Shown: one piece after another, positions 63,289 to 64,000 of the stretch
How positions within the stretch are numbered: position 1 is the first letter of the stretch
How the letters are laid out: each line of letters opens with the position of its first letter
Source of the DNA: Vermamoeba vermiformis
Taxonomy: Eukaryota
Direction: 5' to 3'
Assembly (NCBI GenBank): GCA_045837725.1
Contig: JBEWZL010000244.1
Coordinates: 1 to 64,000, forward strand
Length of the DNA stretch: 64,000 nucleotides
Made by a program: the position numbers and the translations under genes
The notes under the pieces: generated by a model
The model's database searches: none
What the model was told of the DNA's origin: nothing
The model's input: the letters and a program-made list of their open reading frames with translations, nothing else

Positions 63289-64000
63289 GTCCTGTAGGAT
63301 CGGGTACTAGTTGTCCTGTTTCGCTCGTCTGAAGGTTCGGGTCTGCAAAGACGTTGGTGTTTGTGAAGTTCGTGAAGTAGGCTTGAGTGTCAGTAATGTT
63401 GTGGAAGTCGATAGCTGTCGAAGGATACATAAAAACCCGTCCTATAATTTGATTTTGTGTATTATTGTTGACTTGAGGCCACCAACAATTCGCGTCGAAG
63501 TTGATCTCTTGAAAGTGAGGCCACGGTTGAACATTCGCCCAGAACGACATCTGTGTTGCATGCGCAAAGACGTTGTCGGTTATGAAAACGTTCGTTAAGT
63601 TCGTAAATGCTCTATAGAACAATAAGTCGTAGCCTTGAAGTGCGCGTTGAAAATGGCTCCATCCCGTGCCCATTCGAATGCACGAATTCTTCACGAAGTA
63701 GATCTCATACGATAACGAATTTGTCATATTTCCTGCATTCCACAGCTCAAAGCACTGCTCGCATTCAAAAATGTAGTTGTTCTCGAAGCGGATGTGGTGT
63801 TGAATGTTCGCGGAAAGTCCTTGTGCCGTCGTTGCAGTGTCATACACTTGACTGATAGTATTGTTCGCAATAAGAATGTGCGCGTTGCTTTCCCACATCT
63901 CGATTCCGTTGCCATATCTCGTCGTACCGCTGAGAATACTTCCACCGATATGTCTAATGTCGCAATCTGTCACGGTCACATTGTTTGCGTTGTTCATTTG
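63095..64000 (-). CDS. Right-handed beta-helix (pectin-lyase-like) protein, 5'-truncated by the window, with a hydrophobic tail (possible GPI signal)
   Basis: Repeats NVTVTDCDI, GNGIEMW, ILIANNTI, IRFENNYI and VFITDNVF. Ends in a P/Q/T linker and LWSVTVIVTMMMLITA*. Confidence 0.7.
   Translation of the reverse strand, partial: QMNNANNVTVTDCDIRHIGGSILSGTTRYGNGIEMWESNAHILIANNTISQVYDTATTAQGLSANIQHHIRFENNYIFECEQCFELWNAGNMTNSLSYEIYFVKNSCIRMGTGWSHFQRALQGYDLLFYRAFTNLTNVFITDNVFAHATQMSFWANVQPWPHFQEINFDANCWWPQVNNNTQNQIIGRVFMYPSTAIDFHNITDTQAYFTNFTNTNVFADPNLQTSETGQLVPDPTGPCSGMGIAPFGEVLTPPVGDEPQYQPTTQQQEPYQSPQQQVSSANEDCLWSVTVIVTMMMLITA

Overview
This is an intron-rich eukaryotic window with short GT-AG introns and frequent CTAAC-like branch points. 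An amoeboid protist is plausible but only inferred. Bases 1-4873 hold an apparently complete Ngaro/PAT-type tyrosine-recombinase retrotransposon (gag, RT-RNaseH, YR) with exact split direct repeats A1...B1-A2-B2. The rest is gene-dense. It has eight F-box genes with different partner domains, a disrupted ValRS with a KMAKL motif, a GH5 endoglucanase, a PTS2 acyl-CoA oxidase with an internal gap, 6PGD, a nucleoside hydrolase, PEX13, an IPT-domain transcription-factor candidate, a ubiquitin-like protein, a PqaA/AprA-like protein, two tandem receptor tyrosine-kinase-like genes, a biotin ligase and a partial beta-helix gene. The most unusual structure is four identical tRNA-Lys(CTT) genes in a shared cassette. 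They form two convergent inverted pairs, each enclosing 2.5-3.5 kb that includes an F-box gene. Gene models were read by eye and exon boundaries are approximate.
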